Source: a virus
DNA length: 64,000 nucleotides
Direction: 5' to 3' (one strand)
IMG/VR virus record: IMGVR_UViG_3300027815_000006
Coordinates: 1 to 64,000 of that record
A program made the position numbers and the translations under genes. The notes below the pieces were generated by a model that saw only the letters and a list, made by a program, of their open reading frames with translations, did no database searches and was not told where the DNA came from. Of the stretch, positions 18,191 through 27,459 are shown piece by piece (position 1 is the stretch's first letter; each line of letters begins with the position of its first letter).

Positions 18191-21100
18191 GGGGAGCGTC
18201 CCATCCTCACAACGGCGTTCTGCGTAGCCGCCTCCATATTGGCCCTGGAGACTGTAGTTCCTCCCGCAACAGGAGCCCCTCGCGGGCCTGGGCCTCTCGA
18301 AGCCAGAATGGCGTCTCTGAGCGAGCCCATGTTGCGCTCGAAGCGGTCCTTGTAGTCTCGGTTGTACCAGTCTGGCTGGTGCACGGCATCGTAGAGATCC
18401 GTGTCCGTCGCCGCGTGCTGAAGACGCACCGAGGCCCGAGGGGCATCCCCCGCCACGCCCTGCATCGCCTCCGCGCGGGAGGCGATGCCCTGCAACCGGA
18501 GGAGCGAACTCATGGCGCGGTTGAGCTCCTGCTCGATGGCCGGGACCGCCATTCCGGACAGCTCAATGATTCCGCCCCACATGCGCCCGAAGCGCAGCAC
18601 GAGGTTGGCCGTGAACTGGTTGTACGCCCGGTTCATCAACTCCAGGAATTTCCCGTTCTCTCGGAGCACCCGGGCATAGCTGGTGATGAACGCCTGCGTC
18701 AGGTTGTTCGTGATGGACGCGGAGAGCTGCGTCTGGAACTCCGTGCTCTGCCGCTGCATCTCCGTGTGAACCCCGTCCATCTGCCGCTGCGCCTGGGGAG
18801 GAGGCGCTGTAGGAGCCGCCGCAGCGGGGGGCTGAAACTGCTCTGTACGGATCAACCGGAGTGACTCCCGAAAACGCTCCCGAGCTTGCTGCGCGGTAAT
18901 ATCCCCCCGACGGATAGATTCCTGGAGAGAGCTCATCGTGGCTTCCGCGAGGCGTTGCTGGTAGGTGGTCAGCCCGTCCATGCCGGACTGAACAACCCTG
19001 CGACGCTCCTGAAAGGCCGTCTCGAAGGCTTGGGTGGAGTCCAGGAGGGACGTGGACACCTGTCCGCTCACCCTGTTGGCCTCCTGGGGGGTCATCCCGC
19101 GCATGGACTCCCGAACCGCCGCGGCACTGCGCTGCGCGGCGGTCATGGCCGTCACCATGCCCTGCGCGAGCTGCGCACTCGCCGCTGTGGCGCCGTTCAG
19201 GGGGGCGGTGACCGCCCCGTGAAACCCGTTCTGGAAACGGCGAAGGTGCGGCGTAACCTGCGCGAGATCCTCCGCGACCACCGTGTGCACAGAGTGCCCG
19301 AACACCGACATGACCCGCCCCCAAATGGTATCCAGGCCCCCGACGAACCCCCCTACGAAGTCGTTCACCGCCTGGATCGCCAGATCCAGGTCTGCGCGGA
19401 CCGTCAAAGGGAGCGCATCCATCGCCGTGCCCACCGCCCCGAAGGCGTTGGTGAGGGCCATGCGGATCCCCTCGAACCACCCCGAGAAGAACTCCCAGGT
19501 CCCTTGCAGAATCCCACGGAAGACCCCGAAGAGGCTCTGCGCGAGGGATCCGATGAACTCCAGGGCGTGCACGAACACCCCGATAACCATGGTGAGCGCC
19601 CCGGCGATCATGGTCCCCACACCTGTAGCAATCCCGCTGAGTAGCGTTCCGACGGAGGACGCCGTGCTCGACACGAGCTGTACGAGGGCGTTCCACATCA
19701 TACGGAGCCCCGCGAGCGGGTCCGTGAACAGAAGCACGAACCCCCGTCCGAACCCCTGGAGGAAGGTCCAGAGGTTGCTAAACGACCGCACCACGAAGCT
19801 AGCGACAGCCCCGATCACCGTAAACCACCCCGAACCGAAGGTCCAGAGTGCGTGCCCCAGGTCCGCGAGGATGTTGCCTACCAAGCGGAACGCCGCGGTG
19901 ACGATCCCCACCACCCCGGTGATGATCGCACTGACGACCGTAAACATGGCACGGAAGGGCCCGACGATGATCGGACCGATCCCCGTAGCCAGCCCTCGAA
20001 AGGCCGCGAAGAACACCTGAGTGTAGGCGATGGCCGAGGTCATAAACTCGCGGATCCGGTCTGCGTCCTCGGGGAAGGCACGCTCTAGCGCCCGACCGAT
20101 CCCCTCCATCGCCCCGATCACCGCGTCTTGAAGGAGCCGGATGAGCGCGTCCCCCGCGCGGGAGAGCGCCGCAGACCACCCAGGGAGCGCGTCGTCAATG
20201 TACTTCGGAAGATCCACCGTGAGCATCCGCCCGAACTCGGAAATTGTCGTGCTCACCTCCCCCGGCGTGCCTGAGACGAGGGAGACGAGCTCCCGGACCA
20301 CCCGGGCGATGCCGAAGACCGTGTACTCGAAAAGATCCGCCATGAACGTACGCAGCGCTTGCCCCATGCGCTCTACAAGGCGCTCCGTCTGCTCCGGCCA
20401 CTCGTGAAACCCCACCGCGAGCGCCCCGAGGCCCACGATCACCGCTACGACCGCACCCTCGACAGAGAATAGTGCCTCTCCAATGGTGGTGAAGACCCGC
20501 CCCAGCGTGCTGAAGATTCTCACGGCGCCTTGGATCTCGCGCGTCTGCGTGAGCATCCTCCACAGCATACTGGCGCCCCCACGCGCACGAAGAACATTCA
20601 GGAGCTCCGAGACCCACTGAATCCCCCGCCCAAGACTTCCCAGCCCCCGCACGACCAAGCCAATCCCGCCCCAGGCGAGACGGAGCCCCTGCCAGAGGAC
20701 GTTCAACCCGCGCGCGGCGAACACCAGGGCGGGTCCAAGAATACCTAGCTGGTTGGCGGCGAGTCCTGCGCCCAGTCCGAGAGCGCCCAGTCCCTCACTC
20801 CGACCGGCGATAGCACGCATCCTCTCGGACAGGGGCCTGGACTCGTCTGCCCAGATGTCCCCCACATCCTGCCACCACGAACGGAAGTAGTTCTGCGTGC
20901 CCTCCTTGGCGAACTCGAAGGCATTCCGGAGCGCCAACCCGAGCTGCTGTCCCAGGCGGGCGGACACCGACTGCGTGCCCGTGTCCTGCCGAAGAAGCCC
21001 ATCCCACAGACCGTGGAGAAGCTCCCGCGCGGCGGGAAGCACCGTCTGGGTGAGGTACCCCCAGGCGGCGAGAACCCCACTACGAAGCATCCGTCCGATG

Positions 21101-22980
21101 GCGGAGCCCACGAAGGCCGCGGAGTCCCCCGAGGCCGCGGTGTTATCCAGCGCTCCGGTGATGGCCCGGTAGAAACTCTGCGCGAAGGCCCGGAGCTGCG
21201 GTCGAATCTGCGCCCACGCCTTGCGTCCGGCCTGAAGGAGGTCCGCCCAGAGCTTCCCCCACTTGATACTCGACAGCGCGCTCCCGGTGCTCTGAAGCGC
21301 GTGGGCAAGGGACTCGAAACCGTGGGTGACGAGGGACGGAAGCCGCTGAAGGAAGGTCACCAGGGAGTGCGCGATCTCCTCCACCGCCTGCTTGGTGTTC
21401 CGCCCGTGCATCCGAAGATCCACGAAGCGCATGGTCAGAAGGCCCAGCCCCGTGAGGATGGGCGCAAGGGGGTGCGCGAGGGAGGAGAAGGAGAACCCAA
21501 GCTGCCGGAGCCCTACGAGGGCCGGACCGATCTCCTCCCCCAAGGTACCAATGAGCATGGAGATGGGACGGAGGGACCGAGGGATGAAGGCCAGGGCGCC
21601 CACGGAATTTGCCGCGCTCATGCGCTCTGCGAAGGCCCCGAGGAGGCCACCCTGCCCGGCGACCTCGCGCAGGTGGGCGTTGAACACCCTAAACTCCGCG
21701 CTCATGTCGTGCACGATGTTGATGGCGTCGCGGCGCCCGATGGCCCGGAAGGCCGCGATGGCCGACTGACGCGCCATGTCGAAGGCGTCCTGAAGCGTCC
21801 GCCCCGTAGAGAACCCTTGCTGCCCCACCCGACGAAGATCCTCCACTGTCCCCCGGAAGTTCCGCATGTTCTCCAGCGCCGCCGGGTTCATACTCCGCAT
21901 GGCGTTGATGAGTGTGCCCGTCTGCTCAGGCCCCAACGTCTCCGACAACCGGGCCTGGAGCGTCTGAAGCGCCGCGCTCATATCCGCCTGGGAGGCCCCC
22001 GCAGAGCGCATCACCTGCATCATGCGCGCGAGGCCCGCCACGAAGTGCTCCGGGCCCTGGTTGAGAAGCTCGAAGGCGTCCGGGGCGTTCCCGAGGGCAA
22101 TGGCGATGGACTGTGGAAGCTGTGGAAGATCCTCCTGGATCCCGTGGACGAGGCCCGAGAGCTGCTCCCTCGACTCCAGAAGCGTCTCGCTGAACTGCTG
22201 TACGAACTGCTGCGCGCGAGCCCCCTGAATCCCCGCGCCGTGGAGGGCGGGAATGAGCGATGCCATCTGCCGCCCAAACTCCGCGAGCTGCGCATGGTCC
22301 ACCTCGATCCCCATGAGACTCGCATGGCGACTCAGGTTGTCCATGAGAGGGGTGAGCATGTTGACGACGCCGCCCACGTCCCCGATGGCCTGACCGGCGC
22401 GGGTGAAGGACCCGATGAGGAGCCCCGTCTCCTCTGTGGTCAGGTGAAGGGAAAGATGCGCCGTGCGCGCGAAGTCCCCGATGGTGGCGGCGGTCACCCC
22501 CGTGACAGCTTGGATACGCACGAGGTCCCGAGGCCCCTGGATCCCAAGAGCATGAAGCTCCTCCCGCGCCCATCGCCAGTTGGCGACGGCCCCCGCCGTG
22601 GTATCCGCCGACTGATTCATCCCGTAGGCCATCCCCGCGGCTTCGCTGGCCACCTGCCGCGCCTCCCGGCCTACGAACCCGAGGTTGGCCGCCGTCCTAC
22701 GGGCCTCCTGTCCGAGCTGCGCCTGTTGAGCCTCAAAGCCGGTGGTGAGGTTCATGTTCGCGCCGGTGAGGGCGCTCATGGCCGTCCGCGCCCGCTCGAT
22801 GGGCTCCGCGGAGAAGGACTGGAGCCACGAGGTCACCCTTCGGGGGTCCATGGCAGACAGGAGAGATGTCTGCCCGACACGGAGGGTGTCGAGGGCGCGG
22901 GCGGCGCTCTGGGCCCCGGCCACGAGGCCGGAGTCCTTGCCCACGAACGCTAGTCCCAGCCCGCCGAAGTTGAGCCCCAT
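18187..22980 (-). CDS. tail tape measure protein
   Basis: 1597 aa, Ala/Gly helical with amphipathic repeats; between chaperones and LysM/baseplate genes. Confidence 0.9.
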   Translation of the reverse strand: MGLNFGGLGLAFVGKDSGLVAGAQSAARALDTLRVGQTSLLSAMDPRRVTSWLQSFSAEPIERARTAMSALTGANMNLTTGFEAQQAQLGQEARRTAANLGFVGREARQVASEAAGMAYGMNQSADTTAGAVANWRWAREELHALGIQGPRDLVRIQAVTGVTAATIGDFARTAHLSLHLTTEETGLLIGSFTRAGQAIGDVGGVVNMLTPLMDNLSRHASLMGIEVDHAQLAEFGRQMASLIPALHGAGIQGARAQQFVQQFSETLLESREQLSGLVHGIQEDLPQLPQSIAIALGNAPDAFELLNQGPEHFVAGLARMMQVMRSAGASQADMSAALQTLQARLSETLGPEQTGTLINAMRSMNPAALENMRNFRGTVEDLRRVGQQGFSTGRTLQDAFDMARQSAIAAFRAIGRRDAINIVHDMSAEFRVFNAHLREVAGQGGLLGAFAERMSAANSVGALAFIPRSLRPISMLIGTLGEEIGPALVGLRQLGFSFSSLAHPLAPILTGLGLLTMRFVDLRMHGRNTKQAVEEIAHSLVTFLQRLPSLVTHGFESLAHALQSTGSALSSIKWGKLWADLLQAGRKAWAQIRPQLRAFAQSFYRAITGALDNTAASGDSAAFVGSAIGRMLRSGVLAAWGYLTQTVLPAARELLHGLWDGLLRQDTGTQSVSARLGQQLGLALRNAFEFAKEGTQNYFRSWWQDVGDIWADESRPLSERMRAIAGRSEGLGALGLGAGLAANQLGILGPALVFAARGLNVLWQGLRLAWGGIGLVVRGLGSLGRGIQWVSELLNVLRARGGASMLWRMLTQTREIQGAVRIFSTLGRVFTTIGEALFSVEGAVVAVIVGLGALAVGFHEWPEQTERLVERMGQALRTFMADLFEYTVFGIARVVRELVSLVSGTPGEVSTTISEFGRMLTVDLPKYIDDALPGWSAALSRAGDALIRLLQDAVIGAMEGIGRALERAFPEDADRIREFMTSAIAYTQVFFAAFRGLATGIGPIIVGPFRAMFTVVSAIITGVVGIVTAAFRLVGNILADLGHALWTFGSGWFTVIGAVASFVVRSFSNLWTFLQGFGRGFVLLFTDPLAGLRMMWNALVQLVSSTASSVGTLLSGIATGVGTMIAGALTMVIGVFVHALEFIGSLAQSLFGVFRGILQGTWEFFSGWFEGIRMALTNAFGAVGTAMDALPLTVRADLDLAIQAVNDFVGGFVGGLDTIWGRVMSVFGHSVHTVVAEDLAQVTPHLRRFQNGFHGAVTAPLNGATAASAQLAQGMVTAMTAAQRSAAAVRESMRGMTPQEANRVSGQVSTSLLDSTQAFETAFQERRRVVQSGMDGLTTYQQRLAEATMSSLQESIRRGDITAQQARERFRESLRLIRTEQFQPPAAAAPTAPPPQAQRQMDGVHTEMQRQSTEFQTQLSASITNNLTQAFITSYARVLRENGKFLELMNRAYNQFTANLVLRFGRMWGGIIELSGMAVPAIEQELNRAMSSLLRLQGIASRAEAMQGVAGDAPRASVRLQHAATDTDLYDAVHQPDWYNRDYKDRFERNMGSLRDAILASRGPGPRGAPVAGGTTVSRANMEAATQNAVVRMGRSP

Positions 22981-22990
22981 CTCTCCTCTT

Positions 22991-23004
22991 GGACCGTACG
23001 GTCC
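22991..23004. repeat. dispersed palindrome copy 8 (between chaperone stop and tape-measure SD)
   Basis: read directly. Confidence 0.97.
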
Positions 23005-23007
23005 TGT

Positions 23008-23210
23008 CTAGCGCCGTCCCCTCGATCTATACCGTGCCTGCGCCTCGGCGTCCCGCTTCCTCCTCTCGATCTGCTCTTTCCCCTGGAGGAGCCGATATCT
23101 GCGGGTGGTGGGGATGGACAGGATGGCGTCGTGCGTGAGCCCGGGGTAGAGCTCCATCATCAAGAGGATTTCGTTTTCGAGGGCCTCCGTGTCCCCGAAC
23201 GGGAGAAAAA
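23008..23210 (-). CDS. tail assembly chaperone C-terminal (-1 frameshift, gpT-like) extension
   Basis: FLPFGDTEALENEILLMMELYPGL..ILSIP..RRYR in -1 frame after slippery GGGTTTT. Confidence 0.75.
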
Positions 23211-24017
23211 ACCCCGTTGAATGTCCATCTCCTGCCGGAACGTGTAGCCGCACGCCGCGCACTTGAGCTCCACCTCGGTGTCCACGCCCCCCTCGGCCAG
23301 CTCGTAGGCGCTGGAGAGGAAATCCCTGTCCGCGAAGGCGAGCCCCTGAATAAGCGCGACCACCTGGGGGTCTACCCGGTTGGGGTCCGTGGGAAACTTG
23401 CGCCCCTCCAGAGAGTCCAACCGCGCGGCGTGCTTCATGGTCACGCGGTCCTCGACGTAGCGCGCCACGCGCTCCTCATCGTTCCCCGTCATCATGTGGA
23501 ACACCGCCTCCTTCCCCGAGGGGAGGGTCACGGTGTGTACCCGCTGCCTGGGATCGAAGGCCGGTCGGATCTCCGCAGAAGACAAGTCCACGGAGTGCAC
23601 GCCCACCGTGGGGCGCCCCTTCTCGTCCCTGCAAGCGTCGTTCGGACACGTCGCCTCGAAGGGGTAGGTGTCTCCGAGGGTGGTGCGCCGCAGGAGGAAC
23701 AGCGTGAAGAGGCGGTCGGTCACGGTGAGTTTCCCCACCACCCGCGCCAGCACCGCAGGATCGCGCTCAGGACCCAGAGCTACGAGGCACCGCCGAAGAA
23801 GCTCCCCCAGCTTCTTGTGCGCCGCGATGTTCCCCGCCCCCAGCATATCCTCGTCCCGCCCGTCCATCTCCCGGACCTCCACGTCGGTCCAGAGCTCCGA
23901 GGTGTCGGGGCTGTCCGGGTCCGCGAGGTACCCCACCGGAAGGGTTCCGATTCCGGAGGTACCCTTCGGAATGCTCACCGCCGAGGCGAGGAGCGTCTCC
24001 ATCAAACTCTTGGACAT
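23160..24017 (-). CDS. tail assembly chaperone (gpG-like)
   Basis: VREMDGRDED, DR..L..LRR.T.GD.Y, CxxC motifs, ends near GFF slippery site; upstream of tape measure. Confidence 0.8.
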   Translation of the reverse strand: MSKSLMETLLASAVSIPKGTSGIGTLPVGYLADPDSPDTSELWTDVEVREMDGRDEDMLGAGNIAAHKKLGELLRRCLVALGPERDPAVLARVVGKLTVTDRLFTLFLLRRTTLGDTYPFEATCPNDACRDEKGRPTVGVHSVDLSSAEIRPAFDPRQRVHTVTLPSGKEAVFHMMTGNDEERVARYVEDRVTMKHAARLDSLEGRKFPTDPNRVDPQVVALIQGLAFADRDFLSSAYELAEGGVDTEVELKCAACGYTFRQEMDIQRGFFSRSGTRRPSKTKSS

Positions 24018-24571
24018 GATGCCTCCACGATGCCGCCTTCCTCGAACATCAACAGCAGCGCGCGGAGCACGTTCGTGACCCGCACGGACTCCCCGCGGAC
24101 GTGCCCGCGAAACCGCTGGTAGGTGTCAGGGGGCACCCAGGCGGCGATCTTCACGGAGTCCCCCCGGACCCCCACGTCCCTGTACTTGTCCAGGTCCGCG
24201 AGGTACGCCTGAGGATCCCGGAGGTAGGCGTCCATGAGATGCCGCAGAAGCGCCCCCCTCGACGGGAACCCCCGTAGAAACCCGGGGGCATCCATGCGCC
24301 CGTAGAGCGCCCTGGAGACGTAGAAGGAGATGGTGAGCTCCGCCTTGCCGTGCTGGGGCGTCGCGGCGGCCTGCGCGCACCGGCGACAGAGCACGGTGCC
24401 GTTCCGCGGAGTGAGCCCTCCGCCCGCCTGGAAGGGCACGAGAGGCTGCACCACGAGAGCTTCCGCGCTGTCGCAGACCGCGCAGAGAAACTCGTGGCGG
24501 GTGAGCACCGCATCGCGCCACTGCGCGTATTCCGTGAGGGTGTGCGAAGGCTGCGGGGGTTCTGGCTCCAC
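24002..24571 (-). CDS. degenerate HNH domain fused to tandem ribbon-helix-helix-like segments (putative DNA-binding regulator)
   Basis: WRDAVLTR..CAVC...GG...NG..LCRRC lacking HNH His residues; TISFYVSRALY...SRGALLRHLM and KIAAWVPPDTY...VTNVLRALL. Confidence 0.65.
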   Translation of the reverse strand: MEPEPPQPSHTLTEYAQWRDAVLTRHEFLCAVCDSAEALVVQPLVPFQAGGGLTPRNGTVLCRRCAQAAATPQHGKAELTISFYVSRALYGRMDAPGFLRGFPSRGALLRHLMDAYLRDPQAYLADLDKYRDVGVRGDSVKIAAWVPPDTYQRFRGHVRGESVRVTNVLRALLLMFEEGGIVEASCPRV

Positions 24572-24719
24572 GGGAGAACCCTACCGCGAAGGCGAGGCAC
24601 ACTCAAGGGCCCCCCGCGCCCTGGCATCTAGGAAAATGTCACGCAATACGTCGTGCTGTGTGACAGCGCGTCGCGCAGCAACCGCTGGGGAATGGGAGAG
24701 GGCCGGGGAAAATGCCGAA

Positions 24720-24747
24720 AAGGGGAGCCCCGCACAGGGCCCCCCTT
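24720..24747 (-). terminator. probable intrinsic terminator after 24758..25180
   Basis: AAGGGG(A)GCCC-loop-GGGCCCCCCTT hairpin with short U run on minus strand. Confidence 0.45.
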
Positions 24748-24757
24748 CGGGAGGACT

Positions 24758-25180
24758 TTAGAAGTCCAGGACAGAGTGCGCTCCGAGCGAGACGGCGCGC
24801 TCGTCCAGCGCCTCCAGCTGCGTCCACTCCCCCACGGTCCAGGTCGCGCGGGGCTTCGCCCGGAGGCCCTGGAGGTAGCCGCGGACCGCGGACTGCGCCT
24901 TCACGCACGCCTCCGCCGCGGCGAAGGTGCACCCGGAAACCTGCTGCTCCCGGAGAACGACCTCGTTGACCACGGCCTGCACCGCAGCCAACCACTTGTC
25001 CCCGTCTCCCACGGTGACGACGGGGAGCTCATCCGCGTCCTCCGGGAGGGTAGGGTGCACCTCCAGGGTGCCCCCCACGGACGCCACGATGGCCTGGGCC
25101 TTCTCCAGGAAGGCCGCAGAGACGGCGGCGACGGAGACGACCACAGTACGGGCGAAGAGGATCGAGATGATGGCGTTCAT
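24758..25180 (-). CDS. hypothetical protein (moron-like, own promoter)
   Basis: ORF preceded by copy of repeated promoter-leader cassette. Confidence 0.65.
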   Translation of the reverse strand: MNAIISILFARTVVVSVAAVSAAFLEKAQAIVASVGGTLEVHPTLPEDADELPVVTVGDGDKWLAAVQAVVNEVVLREQQVSGCTFAAAEACVKAQSAVRGYLQGLRAKPRATWTVGEWTQLEALDERAVSLGAHSVLDF

Positions 25181-25188
25181 GGACAGAC

Positions 25189-25267
25189 CTTTCCGGGAGG
25201 CCATGTTGCCTCCGTGAGGAAGAACATAGCAACGCTATTCGCATTGGCAAGAGGCCGCTGTACGATT
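25189..25267 (-). promoter_or_regulatory. repeated promoter/leader cassette, copy 3
   Basis: AATCGTACAG-N7-TTGCCA-N16-TATGTT then GGAGGC-AACATG-GCCTCC hairpin; matches 39862-39925 and 39996-40059. Confidence 0.8.
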
Positions 25268-25294
25268 CCTGAAAAGCCCTGTACTTACAGGCGT

Positions 25295-25498
25295 TTAGGC
25301 CCGTTTACGGAAGCGTTTGCGCTTCCGGCGGGGGCGCTCGATGTGGACCGTACGGTCCGAAGGGTCCTCGGAGCCCTCGGGCGGGAGGGGGAGGGTGGGC
25401 AGGGGACCTCCGAGGGGTTGGACGTAGGGGCCCACCATGGCTGCGAGGACCTCCTCGGTGAGGCGCTGGAGTTTTCGCCACGGGGACGGCGGAGTCAC
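25295..25498 (-). CDS. small hypothetical protein with basic C-terminus
   Basis: GTGA overlap with upstream tube-like gene; GGAGG SD. Confidence 0.55.
   Translation of the reverse strand: MTPPSPWRKLQRLTEEVLAAMVGPYVQPLGGPLPTLPLPPEGSEDPSDRTVHIERPRRKRKRFRKRA
25345..25358. repeat. dispersed palindrome copy 9 (in frame, SDRTVH)
   Basis: read directly. Confidence 0.97.
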
Positions 25499-26169
25499 AA
25501 CGACACCTCCTCGAAGGACTCCACGGCCACGTCCAGCTCCATGATGCTGACCTCCGCGCTGGCGCCGTCAAAGTCGCTCCCGGCCTTGTACCGGATGGGG
25601 ATGCAGCCCTTGAGGATCCACGCCCGCGCGGGGAGGCGTACGGCGAGGGCATTGGAAGACGCGCCGAGGGCCGCACCGAAAAGGGTGAAGCCCAGGAGCG
25701 TTTCGCCCTCGGCCCGCGCCAGAAGCCCCACGGCTGCCGCAACGGAGGCGCCTGCGGTCAGGGACGGATCGAAGGGCGTGCGCGGGAAGAACTGAATGAG
25801 TACGAGGGTGCGCCGAGGGGAAACGGGAACACCTCCGAGCTGGGTCGCGCCCCTGAGAATCCTACCTCCAAGTTGCCCCGTCTGCGCCGCAGAGACCCAG
25901 TTGTAGAAGTCCGAGTCCCCGAGGGAGGCGCCCCGCTGGAGGGTGATGTTCTGCGCGTGGCCCGCCTTGACCACCGTGATCTGGTGCCCCGTCCCCTCCT
26001 GAATGGGCTGGGAGTCCAGCTCAAGCTCCGGTGCTGTGATGGACGAGAACCCCGCGAAGGGGGAGAGGACGGGTGTGCCGAAGGTGTCCAGGGGTCCGGC
26101 GTCGAAGAGCCAGAAGGCGTGCGACTGGAGATGGTCGGTGAGGACGGTGCTGCCGGTGATGGCGCCCAT
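25495..26169 (-). CDS. tail tube-like protein (T4 gp19 family paralog, possible tube initiator)
   Basis: GFSSITAPE, NITLQRG..DSDFYNW, W.L.GC.P.RY...DFDG.S.EVSI.EL. Confidence 0.85.
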   Translation of the reverse strand: MGAITGSTVLTDHLQSHAFWLFDAGPLDTFGTPVLSPFAGFSSITAPELELDSQPIQEGTGHQITVVKAGHAQNITLQRGASLGDSDFYNWVSAAQTGQLGGRILRGATQLGGVPVSPRRTLVLIQFFPRTPFDPSLTAGASVAAAVGLLARAEGETLLGFTLFGAALGASSNALAVRLPARAWILKGCIPIRYKAGSDFDGASAEVSIMELDVAVESFEEVSL

Positions 26170-26203
26170 ACCGGGAGCCTACCACAGAGAGGAAGAGCGC
26201 CGA

Positions 26204-26755
26204 CTAGGTGGAGCCCGCGGGGCTCTCGTTCACGTCGAGATCCTCGATGGCGATGTCCAGCTCCATGATCGAGACCTCGGAGGAGGTGGCGTCCATGTCC
26301 CCCGCGATCTTGTGCCGCGTCGGAAAGCCGTTCTTCCCGTAGTATTCCCTGGAGGGAACCGCAGTGCGAGGATCAATGGCGCCCCCGCGCATCGCCTCCC
26401 GCCCGTAGTGCTTGATCGTGATGGTCTGCGCCCGGTACTCCGACCCCCCGTAGATCACGGACTTGATCCACGTCCAGAAGGTCGCGTCCCTCCTGGCGAC
26501 CCCGCGGGAGAGCGAGATGTCGCCCACGGTGGGAGCCCCGGGGTACTTCCTGGGGAAGGTGAACAGCCCCTCCTTGTACTCCACGGGCTCGGCGTTCACT
26601 TCCGGAACCGTCACGGAGGTGAAGCCCGCCTGAGCCCGCTCCGAGAGCGCCCCGGAGTCAGTCACGAGGAGGGGATCCGTAGGCGCCGCGCCCACCAGCG
26701 ACGCCGTGACGTGGAACCGCATCGAGGCGATCAAATCGGTGTTGGCAGTGCGCAT
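26204..26755 (-). CDS. tail tube protein (T4 gp19 family)
   Basis: AGFTSVTVPE, EYKEG..RKYPG, ISLSRG..FWTW, DATSSEVSIMEL. Confidence 0.92.
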   Translation of the reverse strand: MRTANTDLIASMRFHVTASLVGAAPTDPLLVTDSGALSERAQAGFTSVTVPEVNAEPVEYKEGLFTFPRKYPGAPTVGDISLSRGVARRDATFWTWIKSVIYGGSEYRAQTITIKHYGREAMRGGAIDPRTAVPSREYYGKNGFPTRHKIAGDMDATSSEVSIMELDIAIEDLDVNESPAGST

Positions 26756-26800
26756 CGCTTCTCCTTCTCACTCCTCCGGGTCACTGAGACTGGGTGCGGC

Positions 26801-27412
26801 TCAGGACTCCCGGCGCCAGAGCACGTTGACCTCGCCCGCCACCCCGCGGTCGGAGCGCCGGACGAAGAGGCCCACCGCCGCCCCGGGCGTGAGCACCACG
26901 GAGGCCAGCGGCGCCGTCTGGGTCTTGAACCCGGTGGTGGCGCTGTCCAGTGCCGCCACCTCGGTCCCGCCACCGCCCGCCGCGCTGCGCACGGAGAGGG
27001 TGGAGGCCCCGATGGCCGTGGACACCAGCGCCGTTGCCCCGAAGACGCGGATCTTGAACGGGAGGGTGTTCACCGCGAAGATCGTCACGTCGTCCGGGGC
27101 CCCCGCAGCCGCCGCGGCGAACGCCTTGAAGAAGCTCCCCATGGGCGCATCCGCCGCAGAGGACGCCACGGGCGCGAGATCCGCAGCCTGCACGGCCTGT
27201 GGAGGCGCGAGGAGCCCGGAGGCCAGCTCCTCCGCCGTGGGGGTGAGCGCCACGCTCACCTCCGCGAGCTGGATGGCCTTCATCAAGCCCTGCATCCCCG
27301 AGATCTCATTCGCCCGGCGCTTGACGGTGACCGTCGCCCCGGCGTCGATGCCGACGCCGATGTCCGAGTACATCTTCCGGGAGCTAGTCAGGTTCGTGAT
27401 TGCGATGTCCAT
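26801..27412 (-). CDS. hypothetical, probably abundant structural protein between sheath and tube
   Basis: 203 aa, very high GC3, GAGG SD. Confidence 0.65.
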   Translation of the reverse strand: MDIAITNLTSSRKMYSDIGVGIDAGATVTVKRRANEISGMQGLMKAIQLAEVSVALTPTAEELASGLLAPPQAVQAADLAPVASSAADAPMGSFFKAFAAAAAGAPDDVTIFAVNTLPFKIRVFGATALVSTAIGASTLSVRSAAGGGGTEVAALDSATTGFKTQTAPLASVVLTPGAAVGLFVRRSDRGVAGEVNVLWRRES

Positions 27413-27459
27413 GTTGCCTCTTGAGTACCAGAATTCGTAGCCGCCGTCACACCGTCACA

